The translations under genes were made by a program, and so were the position numbers. Below the pieces are notes generated by a model. It searched no databases, was not told the DNA's origin, and saw only the letters and a program-made list of their open reading frames with translations. A DNA stretch of 64,000 nucleotides. It comes from Octopus vulgaris. Its lineage: Eukaryota. The stretch spans positions 45,074,001 through 45,138,000 of the forward strand of contig OX597823.1 of the NCBI GenBank assembly GCA_951406725.2, written 5' to 3'. Shown here piece by piece: positions 38,705 to 53,133 of this stretch; positions within the stretch are counted from its first letter, which is position 1, and each line of letters begins with the position of its first letter.

Positions 38705-38946
38705 CCGTTGTATATATATATATGTATGTATATATTTGTGTGTCTGTGTTTGTCTCCACCACCATCGCTTGACAACTGATGTTGGTGTGTTTACGTCCCC
38801 ATAACTTAGCTGTTCAGCAAAAGAGACCAATATAATAAGTACTAGGCTTACAAAGAATAAGTCCTGGGGTTGATTTGTCTGACTAAAGGTGGTGCTCCAG
38901 CATGGCTGCTGTCAAATGACTGAAACTACTAAAAGAATAAAAGAAT
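38705..38946 (+). mobile_element. SINE family A, 3' half
   Basis: GCTTGACAAC...GGCTTACAAAGAATAAGTCCTGGGG...TAAAAGAATAAAAG. Confidence 0.85.
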
Positions 38947-40039
38947 AACAGAACATATATATATATATATATACATACACACACACACGCAAATATAGAT
39001 ATATTAATGTGTGTGTGTGTGTGTGTGTGTGCGCACGCGTGTTTTTTGAAGATGTACCATATATTATTACGTTTCCAAGTAGGTTAACCTTTATACATAC
39101 AAACTGAAGTCTGGCTCTTACAGATGAGAGGCTCTTATTTCTTTTCATTTCATTGTTCTCAGAAGACTGCTTGGAGGCAATATCCTATTCCACTAATACA
39201 AATTCCAAACTGAAGGATCTCTCTTGTCCCTCTTCTCTCCCTTCCTTCATAAATACATACATCAGACAGGCAGAGTGGCAGACATACATAGAAACCTTTA
39301 TACAAGCATACATATAAACATATATAAATAACCATACATATATAAATATAAAAATCTGTCTCTTTACATAAGCAGACTAATTTTCCCTGTTAAACTCCCA
39401 AGTTATATAAAAAGAACATGTGATTAGCAATAGTGCAGTGACTATTTTGATTCTTGTTAGAATTCTCATTAAAATTCCATAAGTTGTTTACACCTTAATA
39501 AGATCGCATGTGACCTCAGTTATATCAACTCTGTTAAAGAATAAAGTTTCTAGCATCAATCAATCAATCAATCTCGTGATCTTTCACTCGCACATCACAT
39601 GCTCTGCTTCTTTTACTTGATTCCTTTATTTTTTAACACCGAAATACTTCTGCAACCAGACTAAGTGTACAACACAACATCTGATTTAATGAAATTTTGG
39701 CCATATTCTTTTATAGAACATTTATTAATGCATATGAAAATATAATATATTTATTCATTTATATGCTGAATGTATGTGTGATGGGGCTTATGTGTGAAGC
39801 AGAGAATAAAATAGGTGAACATTTAAGAAATCAGATGATGAGTTGGTCTGAAAGAGTGTTGTGCTGATATATTACATAGATTTGGGAATGTGAAATACAT
39901 AGATGATATCGGCTGAGTGAAAGGTACCCAAACCGTATGAATGACAAAGAAGATGCTGTGAAAGTAAATCTTACTATAAGTGTGTTGATATTAGATTATA
40001 CAACAAACCTATTGAATCTACATCAACATGGAAAGATGC

Positions 40040-40237
40040 AGGTGGTGAAGGTGGTTATGATGATGTTGATGAAAATGCTACTTCTGCTGCTGTTGCTGAT
40101 AATGATGATGATGTTGGTGGTGGTTATAGTAGGGAATGAAGAGATGGTAGTGGCAGCAGTGGTAGTGGTGGTGGTTGGTGATGATGATGATGATAATAAC
40201 AATGATTCTTCTTCTTCTTCTTCTTCTTCTTCTTCTT

Positions 40238-40317
<80 letters not shown>

Positions 40318-40372
40318 CATTATTATTATTATTATTATCATTATTATTATTATTATTATCATTATTATTATT

Positions 40373-40419
<47 letters not shown>

Positions 40420-40476
40420 CATCATCATCATCATTACATCATTATTGTTGTTGTTATTATTATTATTATTATTATT

Positions 40477-40508
<32 letters not shown>

Positions 40509-40840
40509 AATGATGTTATGATGATGATGATGATGATGATAATGATGTTGATGGTCGTGGTGGTAATGGTGGTGGTGGGTTGATATCAGAAACATCTTAA
40601 TATATTCAAAGATTTCAGTCTACATTAAAAAAAACCTTAACAAAAATTAAAACAAAAAAACAAAATAGAAAACACATGAAATGCAACTTAGTCTAATAAA
40701 GAAGAAAGAAAAATATAATCCAGTTTTTTGTAATTGCAACACATTCCACAAATATTATTGAAGGCACCTGATTTCTTTTGATATAGCTTTGTTATTATCA
40801 TCATCATCAATGTCAGCAGCACCATCAACATCATCATCAA

Positions 40841-40882
<42 letters not shown>

Positions 40883-40968
40883 TGTCATCATTGTCCTTCT
40901 TCTTCGCCTTCTCCTCATTGTTGTCATTATCATCACCACCACCATCATCATCATCATTGTCATCACTG

Positions 40969-41008
<40 letters not shown>

Positions 41009-41121
41009 TATCATCACCACCGTCATCACTATCATCATTATCATTGTCATCATCGTCATCATCATCATCATCATCATCACCACCACCACCACTGTCATCA
41101 TCATCAACATTGTCATCGTTG

Positions 41122-41152
<31 letters not shown>

Positions 41153-41610
41153 CATCATCACCACCATCATCATCATCATCATCATCATCATCGTCGTCTT
41201 CATCATTATCATCACCACCAACACCACCATCATCGTCGTTGTTATCATCATCATCATCATCATAATCATCACCGTCATGAGCGTCACAACTACTACTTCT
41301 CTAGCTGCTGCCACTGCCATCCACTACCACCACCACCACCATCACAACCACCACCACCACCACCACCACCACTGCCAATACCACAATCACCATCAACTCA
41401 ACCATCACTATCATAATCATCATATCCATCACCGACTCCATCCCCACTGCCTCCAGCAGCAGCAACAGCAGCAGCAGCAGCACCACCACCACCACCACCA
41501 CCACCACTACCACCACCACCTCCACCATCACCACCACCACCACCACCACCACCACCACCACCACCACCACCACCTCCACCACCACCACCACCACCATCAT
41601 CATCATAATT
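40040..41610. repeat. Compound trinucleotide arrays (GAT, TTC, TAT, CAT, CAC, CAG)
   Basis: Directly visible; source of the poly-M/I/S/H ORFs. Confidence 0.95.
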
Positions 41611-42199
41611 TTATATGTTTCTTTTTCCATACTGAGACATCTTGGACACATTTACACAAACGCAGTGAGTGTCTAACTGGAGATTTTACATCTAACGCAT
41701 CTTACTCTTTGCTAAAACACTGTGATAGAATCAAGCTAGATGCATTTGTAGTAGCAGTAACATGAAAGATGTTTGTTTTTGATGCTTTAAAGACTTTTTA
41801 TCCTAATATTTCGTTAGGAGGTACTGATCTCTTCTATGAAAAAGTAGAACCTAACACTTCAGTAACAGAGATTTTTACTGTGCTAAATTGCTAAATTACA
41901 TTTTCCTAGCAAGAAGCAGATCACCCAGGTAGATGTTATTTTGGATTGAACACCAATCTGTCTCAAGTTATTTTCCCAGAAGATTTGGTAACTTATTCCA
42001 TCATCATGTCTATGTTTGAGCTGAGCTGAGCTAGCATAGTGTGTAGGTGGTTTGTCTCAGAAAAACTGTGAGGAGAAATAAGTCTCTTAGTATTATATTT
42101 AGGTACCTCTGATGCAGCTAGACTTTTGCTTTCTGCGTTCTTAAGAAAGTCAGGAATCTAAATGTCAGGAATTTCTATGGCAGAGAATGGTCGCACAAT

Positions 42200-42219
42200 A
42201 TGAGCGTGCACACACACAT

Positions 42220-42274
<55 letters not shown>

Positions 42275-43200
42275 CACACTCACACACACACATGCATGCA
42301 TACACTCCCACCCACACGAAGACACACATGTACACACAAATGCATGCACAGGCACACACATATACACAAATGCAAGTGAGCATACACACACACACTTACA
42401 TACATGCATGCACATACACACACCTGCACATACACATTCATACATACACACATATGCATGTGGATACATACACACACGCACAAATACACAGTCACAGGCA
42501 TACATATATTCACATTTCCATACACATGTACAAACATGCATGCACACATACATATATGCACACACTGACATACATGCATGCACATACACACACCTGCACA
42601 TATGCATATATGCACATGCATGCACACACATAATACACAAATACATACTCACATGCATACATATATTCACATCTGCATACACTTGCAAATACACATGCAT
42701 GCACACACACAGACAAATGCTCATATACATGCATGCACAAACACATACATATCCATACATGCACATGCATATACATACATGCATACACACTCACATACAT
42801 GCATACTCATATGGACACCTGTACATACACAAACATACACACACATGTACATGCATGCACACATGCACACACATACACGCATACAAGCATATGCATACAC
42901 ATACATGTATACACCTGTACATACACATGCATGGACACACACACACACACTCATACACATGCATACGCATACATGCACATACACATGCATACACATATAT
43001 TCACATGCATGCACACACACAATCACATACATGCATACACACATACACACATGCATGCACATGTATACACACAAGCATTCACATACATGCATGCACCTAC
43101 ATATACATGCATGTACATGCATATGCACCACACACACTGACATGCATACACATACCCATGCATACACATGTACATACACATGCACCCCCACACCACCCAC
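42200..43200. repeat. About 1 kb degenerate alternating purine-pyrimidine (CA/CATG/CATA) tract
   Basis: Directly visible. Confidence 0.92.
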
Positions 43201-43354
43201 GCTACACAAACACCTACTCATATTTGCACGTATACAATATCTGATAAATTCGTTTTAAGCTTCTAGTTTATATGATATTTAAAAACATTTTCCTAAAATT
43301 TCTTATTTTCTGTTTTTTTCCTGAGTTTTTCTGTCTTTAAATTATACAATCTTC

Positions 43355-43720
43355 ATTACCTCTGCCTTAGCGAAGGCGAAGGTATTGTTTTCAGTTGTCT
43401 TTGTTTGTTTGATTGTCTGTTTGTCCATGGACAAGATATCTCAAGAACTGCCTGAGGGATTCGGATGAAACTTTCAGTGATGTTTGGCCTCATGACTGGC
43501 ACAAACTGATTAGATTTGGGGATTGATTTGGTACTGGACAAGGACTTTGGACCTTTTTTCTGGTTTTTTTACTTAATTTTTGAGAGCAGTCAGGTTCATT
43601 TTAAGTATTCTCATTTGTGAGAGTAGTCGAGTTTTTTCCAGATATTCTCATTTTAAAAATCATTGAAAGGACGTTGGTGTTGCCTTGGCGAAGGTTTGTG
43701 CTCTCTGAGTGCTCTTGCTA
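43355..43720 (+). mobile_element. Non-autonomous Helentron (DINE-1/HINE-like)
   Basis: 5' ATTACCTCTGCC with nearby inverted GGCGAAGGT, (GTTT/GTCT)n, GATTCGGATGAAACTT core, 3' subterminal GGCGAAGGT plus hairpin GTGCTC-TCT-GAGTGC. Confidence 0.75.
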
Positions 43721-43789
43721 TCATTAAATTGAAAATTATTGTGGAACTTGTATAATGATATCTGACAACATAATAATGTGGGTAGACCA

Positions 43790-44550
43790 TCTCTCTCACA
43801 CATTGACTCGTCTCCATCTTTCTCTTTAATTCTCTCTCACCTTCCTTCTCCTTCCTTGTCTTACCGGAGTCGCCAAGTATCTTTTCTGTAGTAAGATGGC
43901 TATTCCTGTCTCTCCATTGAACTCCTACCTCTCACCTGGCATATGGCCATTTTTCTCAGTTCCCCTTAATCTCTCAGCTGAGAGGTCCTTGTCTTGCAAG
44001 CTACCTGGTGATCTTGCAGATGCTGGTACTTCATAAAAAACATCCATGCTAATGTCACATAAAAAGCACTCATGCTGGTGCCATGTAAAGGAGCAATCAT
44101 GCTGGTGCCATGTAAAAATCACTTATGCTAGTGTCACATGAAAATCACCCATGTTGGTACCACATAAAAAACACTTGTGCTGGCACTACATAAAAAGTAC
44201 CCATCCTGGTGCCATATAAAAAGCACTCATGTTGGTGCCATGTAAGGTGTGCCCATGCTGGTGCTACATAAAAGTCACCCATGCTGGTGCCACTTAGAAG
44301 ACACCTGTGCTGGTTCCACATAAAAACACTAGTGCTGGCATCATTTAAAAAGCACCCATGCTGGTACCACATAAAACGCACCAAGTATACTCTGTAAAGT
44401 GGTTGGCATTAGGAAGGGCATGCAGCCATAGAAACCATGCCAAAACAGACAACTGGAGCATGGTGCAGCCCTACAGAATACCGGAATGCCAGCTTCTGTC
44501 AGACCGTCCAACCCATGTCAGGATGGGAAACAGGTGTTAAAGGATGATGA
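43790..44550 (+). mobile_element. RTE-type 3' UTR with 14 x 26-bp minisatellite
   Basis: Ends GGAAGGGCATGCAGCC...CCGTCCAACCCATG...GATGATGAT; array at 44021-44383. Confidence 0.8.
44021..44383 (+). repeat. 26-bp minisatellite, consensus TGCTGGTGCCACATAAAAAGCACCCA
   Basis: 14 diverged units counted by eye; contiguous, no spacers. Confidence 0.92.
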
Positions 44551-45097
44551 TATGATAACGATAATAGTAATAGCCAGCTGTAACATAAGCAAGCACAAGT
44601 ACAGGAATCTTTTTTTCGGGGAGGTTAGTTGTTTAAATCAACCCAATACTTAACTGGTACTCCTTTCATTGATCCTGAAAAGCAAAAAGGAGACAATGCA
44701 AAGGGGCATCTTGTTGGATGACTGCACCACTCCAATATATTCTATGACAAATATTGCACCATTTTTCACACTGAATCATTTACATGCAATGTTTCTAGTA
44801 ACGGAATGGGACAGGAATAACTAATAAATATTACAGTTGGGCTAAATTCATTCTTTGCTTTCTTATATATATTACATGTATTTTACACACACACATGTAG
44901 CTTAAATTCTGTATTATTTTGAAGGTTTTTTTTTTGCTTTTTGCATTTATACAGATATGTAAGTAATTTATTTATCATTAACTATAATAATATAAGTTAT
45001 TTACATGTTTTTAAGTTACAAAACAATTTGTCAGGATATTAGAATTTTTCTCATTGTTAAATAAAATTACATCGAACTATTTCTCTGTCATTTATGA

Positions 45098-45243
<146 letters not shown>

Positions 45244-45730
45244 ATATATATATATATATGTGTATGTATGTATGTATGTATATATATATATAATCAGTCA
45301 GTTTTTCTTAAGCCCAAGTTAAAAGCACACTCTAAAAAATTCTTTTAGCACTAATATTTTTCTGTAGTTGTTGGTTATGGTTAGTCAGAAAGTTGCTATT
45401 AATTTCACTAGGAATAATGGATATGAAACTAATGGTATCTTTCTGACTAGCTATATCCAGCAACTACATAAAATACGTACACATACATACCATACAAGCA
45501 TGCATACATGCATACATACATACATATATACATACACATGTACGTACACACACACACACACACACATACATATATATAATTATGTACACACATAAGCATA
45601 TATACATATTTGTATACATATATATTTACACACACACATATATGTACATACATGCATACATACATACATACATACATACATACATACATACATACATACA
45701 TACATACATACATACATACATACATACATG

Positions 45731-45795
<65 letters not shown>

Positions 45796-45879
45796 CTTTT
45801 CTTTTATTCTTTTATTAGTTTCAGCCATGTGGCTGCTGTCATGCTGGAGCACCACTGTGGTTTTGCACTGTCACATATG

Positions 45880-46560
45880 ATTCTACTTCAACTGATTACT
45901 TCAGTTTCACATCACCACTCCTGTATGTGCATTTGTCCTGGTTGTTGGCCCATTTGGTGCATGAGGGAGCTTGTATCTGATGTCCTTGCCTGTACATCAT
46001 GCTGGGCCATCAGTTCATTTTGTATTGTGGAGAGGAGAATGTCTAGTTCCTTTTCGAAGATATCTACATTCACATTAATTTTTGTGGCAGGGCATTGAAA
46101 AGTTGTGGACCTTTGAACCCTAAGCTATTGCAGTATCTGGTCCTGAATTTTGATGGAATAGATGATACCTTTGATACAATACAAAGGTAACCAGTTCTGG
46201 CATTTGTATAACACTCAATACCAAAATTAGGTAGCAGCTCTTTCGAAATTTTCCATATGTAAATTATTACATATCTGTCATGCCTTCACTCCAAGGAGTA
46301 ATGTAGTTTTTCCAGCCTTTCCCTGTAGCTCATCTGCTATACTATTACAATCATTTTAGCATAGTGATGTTGGAATGCTTCAAGCTCTGCTTTTAGCTTG
46401 GCACTACGTGGTGACCATAACTGAGAGCAGGTGGCTGAGAACAAAGGTCTTCGACAGGGTCAACATAACTTGGTCTTGGTTTCTTGGCTTGGGGGACCTT
46501 CGTATCGATCCTACTAGTTGTTTGTATTTTGCTGCCATCCTGGTAATGTGCATATATATG
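45880..46560 (-). pseudogene. CR1-group LINE ORF2 C-terminal fragment
   Basis: MSYRERLEKLHYSLE*RHDRYVIIYIWKI...LPNFGI...NSLGFKGPQLFNALP...DIFEKELDILL. Confidence 0.8.
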
Positions 46561-47139
46561 CACTGACTGATAGAATGCTTTTCAGAATTTGTTTTGGACC
46601 TCTGAATTCAAATCTCAGCTAAATCAATGTAGTTTTCCTTTCTTTCATGCTTAATAAATAAAGTAGAAGTCTGAAACAGTGGATTGGCAAACTGTTAAAG
46701 AATTGCACAAAATGTCTTGTGGATCTGTGTATTCATGGTTGAAACACCATCTCTTGCCACTGGGTAAAAATCTGAGTCTTTCACAGCCTGGCAAAGACAT
46801 CATTAGGATCAAGAAGCAAGTATCTAAGAATTTTAACAAATCATTTCTAATGCCTGAATATCAGCATGAAGGAAACAAAGCAAGAGGGCTTTCAAAGTCT
46901 GTGCACTTAAAGATGAATATATATATATATATACACACACACACATACACAACTACACACACACACACACACACACATGCACACACATATATTCATATAT
47001 ATATACACACACACACACAAACACATATATATACATATAAACATACATACACATGTGTATATACAAATATATATAGTATATACATATGTGATATGAAGTT
47101 CACAAGTATGATGTAGTTATATCATACTCTTTTTTTTAT

Positions 47140-47539
47140 TACTCTTTTACTTGTTTCAGTCATTTGACTGTGGCCATGCTGGAGCACCGCCTTTAATTGA
47201 GCAACTCGACCCCGAGACTTATTCTTTTGTAAGCCCAGTACTTATTCTATCGGTCTCTTTTGCCGAACTGCTAAGTAATGGGGACATAAACACACCAACA
47301 TCGGTTGTCAAGTAATGCTAGGGGGACAAACACAGACACACAAACACACACGCACATATATATATATACATATATACGACGGGCTTCTTTCAGTTTCCGT
47401 CTACCAAATCCACTCACAAGGCTTTGGTCAGCCCGAGGCTATGGTAGAAGACACTTGCCCAAAGTGCCACGCAGTGGGACTGAACCCGGAACAATGTGGT
47501 TGGTAAACAAGCTACTCACCACACAGACACTCCTGCGCC
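47140..47539 (-). mobile_element. SINE family A, full length
   Basis: Near-consensus copy. Confidence 0.9.
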
Positions 47540-48761
47540 TATGATGCATCTAGGAAAGTAATATTTCCCAATAAGAACTAACTCAGTTGTAAAATAATGA
47601 GAACAGTAATGATGATGATGATGATGATGACAATGATGATTTAGTTGATGATTTATGTGTGTGTGTGTGTGTGTGTGTATATGTAACATGTATAATAGAT
47701 ATATAAACAGGGCTAATTTAGCTATTTCCCCATAGACAGGAAAAATTATGAACAGCTTTAATTAATTTTCAAACTTTAATGCTGCCTTCTCAGAGGTGTC
47801 TATATCAATTTGACCAATAAAAAAAAAAACAAACAGCCGGTCTGCTTATTTAATAAATGCATGTATCACATCCAAAATCATACTTTTTTTTATATTACAA
47901 TCTATAAACGTCAACAACTTAGGTTAGTGCACCATTTGTTCCAAAATTTTATGTTAAAAAAAATATGTGACCAATAAAATAAGTTCCAGACTGAAAAATA
48001 ATTATTAAGGTGTTGACATGTTTGACTGGAACTTTGAAAGGCCAATGACAGAAACAAGTAAAAAGCAAAAATATAAAAATACAGAAATAATATAGACACA
48101 CACAAATGCTTAAATACACACACATATATCCACACAGATACATGCAATCCACATCTGGAAATAAAACATTAATTCAAACAACATAATGTTAAAATTGGAA
48201 GGAAAAAAAAAAAACTAGATATTCAGAAAAAAATGTCTGTTGGAACATTATAGCAGCACTACTGGATGGTCATTCAGAACTAATATGGTTTAAATACCCC
48301 AGATATTACAGAGATGTAACAATGTAACAGCAAATCTGATTGTATTGTATAGAGAAGTTGAGAAACAAGCTGAAAGCCACATAAAAATATGTTCTATATT
48401 TAATCTGAATGTTCATTGCATTCAGATATTTATATAATGATGCTCTTTCTTTATTAAAACATATATTATTAACTGGATACATCCTGCATTGTTAGTAACT
48501 AGCATGGCAGTTATTGAAATAGCTGCTGGCTGTCAATGAGTTATTTTGCTTTTGATATGCTTGAATGGACCTAGACATATGCTTATGGTTACACACACAT
48601 GCACACACAAATCCACACATATGTCCATACATATGTAAGTATATACATAGATATATTATATTTACACACACACACACACACACACACATACACACTCAAC
48701 ACATTTCATATATTTCTATTATATATATATATATATGTATATATGTACATATATATGTATG

Positions 48762-48793
<32 letters not shown>

Positions 48794-49116
48794 AACACAC
48801 ATAAAGTCATTTTACACCCTCTGTCTAGTATATATATGAATGTCTGTACGTACTTATTTGTATAGCTAATATGTATATATAAATATACTATATATATGTG
48901 TATGTGTGCATGTGCATGTGTGTATGTGTATGCGTGCCTGTGTGTTTGTGTGTGTGTGCGTTTATACTTGTGTATATATTATTATGTATACATGCATGTG
49001 TTTATGTATGTGTGTATGTATGTATGTATATACGTATGTATGTATGTATGTATGTATGTATGAATGTATGTATGTATGTATGTATGTATGTATGTATGTA
49101 TATATATATATATATG

Positions 49117-49188
<72 letters not shown>

Positions 49189-49255
49189 TGTGTGTGTGTG
49201 TTAGGGAGTTACTATGGTTCATAGCAAACAGAAAAGAGCTCTCAACTGTAAAAAA

Positions 49256-49477
49256 TCCTTTAGCATTCAGATTACTCTGTCAAATGCAATGCTTAATTAT
49301 TCACATAGTTTTGAATTAATCATGTATTATCTCAAAGCTTCTAAATTTCTATGATGTGATTGTATAGTTTTAAAGTGACATTGTAGAATAGGTGTGTGTG
49401 GTCAGATCAAGAGAATTTTTATATAAAACAAAAGAAAAATATTCAAGCCAGATATGACTTGTTTAAATGCTAAAAGG
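49256..49477 (+). mobile_element. piggyBac-type MITE
   Basis: TIRs TCCTTTAGCATT / AATGCTAAAAGG, decayed TTAA flank; inverted copy at 52918. Confidence 0.7.
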
Positions 49478-50939
49478 CTAATGATGTTCATACTAATAAA
49501 TGATGCCATGTTACTCTGAGTTTTATGAAAGGTGGGTCACACTACACTTGCTAGTTGTACCTATTAAGGATTTAAGTTGAACATGTCAAAAGTTGGCTGG
49601 TGTGGATTTCCACAGACATGTTTTCTGTTTTGAACTTAAATCTATAAATAAGTCTAATGAGCATGGTATTCTCAACCTTACATGAAACTTGGAGTTATGT
49701 CATTGTTTCTTAGTATCAAGCTATATTATGTACTCACACTATTTTTGTGTAGTTTAGTGATCTTTCTTATTTTACTAAGAACCATAACCTGTCACATGTG
49801 TGTGTGCATGTGTGTGAATGTGTGTGTGTGTGAGTGTGTATTTATATATATACATACAAACACACACACATACACAGTTGTTTTCTCTTATATTGAAATT
49901 TTTGTTGCTAAATACGCTTGTTGTTATAGCTAAACAGCCATTCCATCCTGGCTTCCCCATTCCCATTGCTCATCATGTATGTCTCAGGTATTTAGATGTA
50001 TTTGTGCATTTGAGATTTGTATTTCAACCCACCTCTTCTCTGATGATGCATTCACTATCACTGAATGTACTTTACATATATTTAATATCAATTTAATCAT
50101 CTGGGTAATAACTTTGTAATGTGCATTTCAAAGCTCCTCTACAGCTATCAGCCATCTGTGTCTATTTGAATCTATGCGGTGCTCTTCCTCAATACTAAAA
50201 ATATTAAAATTAGAATATGGGTATAAAACAATAGAAAATTACAGGGGATATAGCATTGCTCTCAAAGACACTCACCCAATGACATACAAATACACAGACA
50301 TTGCTGGATCATAGTTATATAATATTTATATAATAATATGTGTAAATATGTGAAACACTTAGCTACTAACAGCTGTTTCTAATGGGCAAAGCTTGTTCAT
50401 CTCATCTTCTTGCACTATAAATCTAAGTCCTTCATCTAGGGTTATTGCCTCTAGTATTGGGAGTTAGAATGATCCTTGTTGAGCTATTAAGGAGTTAGAA
50501 GACATTAAGGCAAATAAAAATACATAGGCTTCACAAGTCTATTTACATGGAATACAAAACATAGAGAATGGAATAAAGTAAATAGAAGAGTAAACAGAAG
50601 GAGTTATGTAATAATCCTACCTTGACGGCTATTTTAGATGCGACATGGTTTATGCTCTAACCACATTCATATGTAATAGATATGCATGATGTTGTAGGTA
50701 TGTGCAGTAACAGGGATACCAATGTATTTGATGGGCTAAGTCAGGTCACTCTCATTAGAAGAAGATGACAAATCATAGCAGTGCTTAAAAATATAAAGGT
50801 TTGTAGAGAACAGAATGGGGTGGTGAAGAAAGTGCTTGAGGGAAGAGAAAAAAAAAATGGTTAGAAAGGTGGGATGACTAAATAGGAAGTTGATGAAAGC
50901 CAGAGAGAGGGAAGATGAGAGAGCTGTAGTTTTAGTATA

Positions 50940-51390
50940 TCATCATCATCATCATTTAAAGTCCATTTTAAATGCTGACATAGGCTGGACGGTTTGATAC
51001 ACACTGGTCAGTCCAGAGACCCCACCAGGTTCCATCTGTCTGTTTAGCATGGTTTTCATGGATGGAGACCCTTCTTAACACCAACCATTTTACAGAGTAT
51101 ACTGGGTGCTTTTTTATATAACAACAGCACCACTGCATTTTATGGGGCACCATTGTCAGTGCTTTTTATGTCACACCATCATCGGTACTTTTTACATGGT
51201 ACCAGCAATGGTGCTTTTTATATGGTACTAGCACCAATGCATTTTATGTGGCACCAGCATGGGCGCTTTTTACATGGCATCAGGACCAACAGAGTCACCA
51301 AGTAACTTACAAGACAAAAAGACCCTCAGCTGGGAGGAGGGGAGTAGTAGTGAAGTTGATGGTGGCTTTGTGCTAGTTGAGGAGAGATTA
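50940..51390 (-). mobile_element. RTE-type 3' UTR with about 7 x 26-bp minisatellite
   Basis: (CAT)n tail; GGTGCTTTTTATGTGGCACCAGCA-like units at 51105-51290. Confidence 0.75.
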
Positions 51391-51397
51391 GAGGGAC

Positions 51398-51552
51398 ATC
51401 ATGACTGTGTGGTAAGAAGCTTCCTTTGCAACCACATGGTTCCAGGTTCAGTCCCACTGTGTGACACCTTGGGTAAATGCCTTCTACTATAGCCTCAGGC
51501 TGACCAAAGCCTTGTGAGTGGATTTGGTAGACAGAAACTGAAAGAAGCCCAT

Positions 51553-51584
<32 letters not shown>

Positions 51585-52045
51585 TCATCATCATCATCAT
51601 CATCATCATCATCGTTTAGCGTCCGCTTTCCATGCTAGAATGGGTTGGACGGTTCAACTGGGATCTGGGAAGCCAGAAGGCTGCACCAGGCCCAGTCTGA
51701 TCTGGCAATGTTTCTATGGCTGGATACCCTTCCTAATGCCAATCACTCCGTGAGTGTAGTGGGTGCTTTTTACGTGCCAGACGAGTATGTAATATGTATA
51801 TATATCTATGTGTGTGTGTATCTTTGCGTTTGTGTTTGTCCCCTATCACTGCTTGATAACTGGTGGTGTGTTTAGGTCCCTGTAACTTAGCAGTTCAGCA
51901 TGAGAGACCAATAGAATAAATATTGGGCTTTAAGAAAAAAAAGTTCTGGGGTCAATTTGTTCAGCCCAAGCCCCTTAAGGTGGTACTCCTGCATGGCTGC
52001 AGTCAAATGACTGAAACAAGTAAAAAAAATAAAAGAATAAAAGAA
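51398..52045 (+). mobile_element. SINE family A interrupted by RTE tail (51584-51780, - strand)
   Basis: Head 51398-51552, tail 51800-52045, RTE tail inserted in the internal microsatellite. Confidence 0.8.
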
Positions 52046-52917
52046 TATGTCTATATTTTATTTGTATAGCATTACTTGATTTGAAATGTATGTGGAAGCA
52101 GTTTTTCTTTTAATTAAACTTGAATCAGTTATTGCAAGTTTTTAGACTCTTCATGCTAGAAATATAATCTTATTTGAAAGAAAGCATTCCTTGAAAATAT
52201 ACAAACTGAAAGACTGTTCAATGCAATGAAGTTATCAATTGTTGCTGTTGTCATAGTGACTGTTTGTCAAACTCAAGAGACATATATCATTGTCTTGTAA
52301 GCGTATGTATGTGTATGCATATGTGTGTGTGTGTGTGTGCGTGTGTGTGTGCGTGTGTGTGTATAGTTGAGCATACACATTACAAAATGTAGAGATATTA
52401 CCCCAAGGAGAACTCCAACCGCATTTTACTGCATCATATATTATTCGTGGATGATTTTAGAGATGTATACAAATTTTAGTGAAGACTGTTTGAGAAACAG
52501 AGAAGTTGTTTCAAAACAAACAGACAAACATCACTGCTTATAGATATATATGGACACAGGCATGGCCAAATGGTAAAGAAGTTTATCTTTGCAATCAAGA
52601 GGTTCCAAGTTTGATGCCACTTTGGTAAATGTCTTCTACTGTAGTTTCAGCAGATTTTTTTACTAAATGCAATGAATGTGTGTGTGTGCGTGAGTGTGTG
52701 TGTGTGTATGTGTGTGTGTGTGCGCACGTATGCATGTGTGTGTGCGCACGTATGCATGTGTGTGTGCATGCGTGCTTACGTGCATGTGTGTGTGTGTGTG
52801 CATGTGTGTGTGTGTGTGTGCGTGTGTGTGTGTAATGTTGTATCACATATCATATATGAGATCATTGCTCTAATGTTAAGCATATTTGTAGATAGAACAG
52901 AATATATTTCAGTTCAA

Positions 52918-53133
52918 CCCCTTAGCATTTAAACTGGTCATATCTGGCCCAGATATTCTACCTATTTTATGCTAAAACTGACCTGATTCAACCTCTTACA
53001 CCTATCATGCAATGTCATTCTAAAAATATACTGACACACCATTGAAATCTTGATGCTACAAGATAGTGTGTAATTAATTCAAAACAATGTAATAAAGCAT
53101 TTTGTTTGACAAAGAAATTTGAAAGTTAAAGGG
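52918..53133 (-). mobile_element. piggyBac-type MITE
   Basis: TCAA|CCCCTTAGCATT ... AAGTTAAAGGG|TTAA; reverse complement of the 49256 copy. Confidence 0.72.

Noticed and set aside
39937-41765. Poly-Met/Ile/Ser/His/Gln proteins
   Set aside because: Translations of trinucleotide microsatellites
42158-43258. His/Cys-rich metal-binding protein
   Set aside because: Translation of an alternating purine-pyrimidine repeat in many frames
44021-44383. CRISPR-like array of 26-bp hairpin repeats
   Set aside because: Units are contiguous with no unique spacers, lie in a retroposon UTR, no cas genes, eukaryotic context
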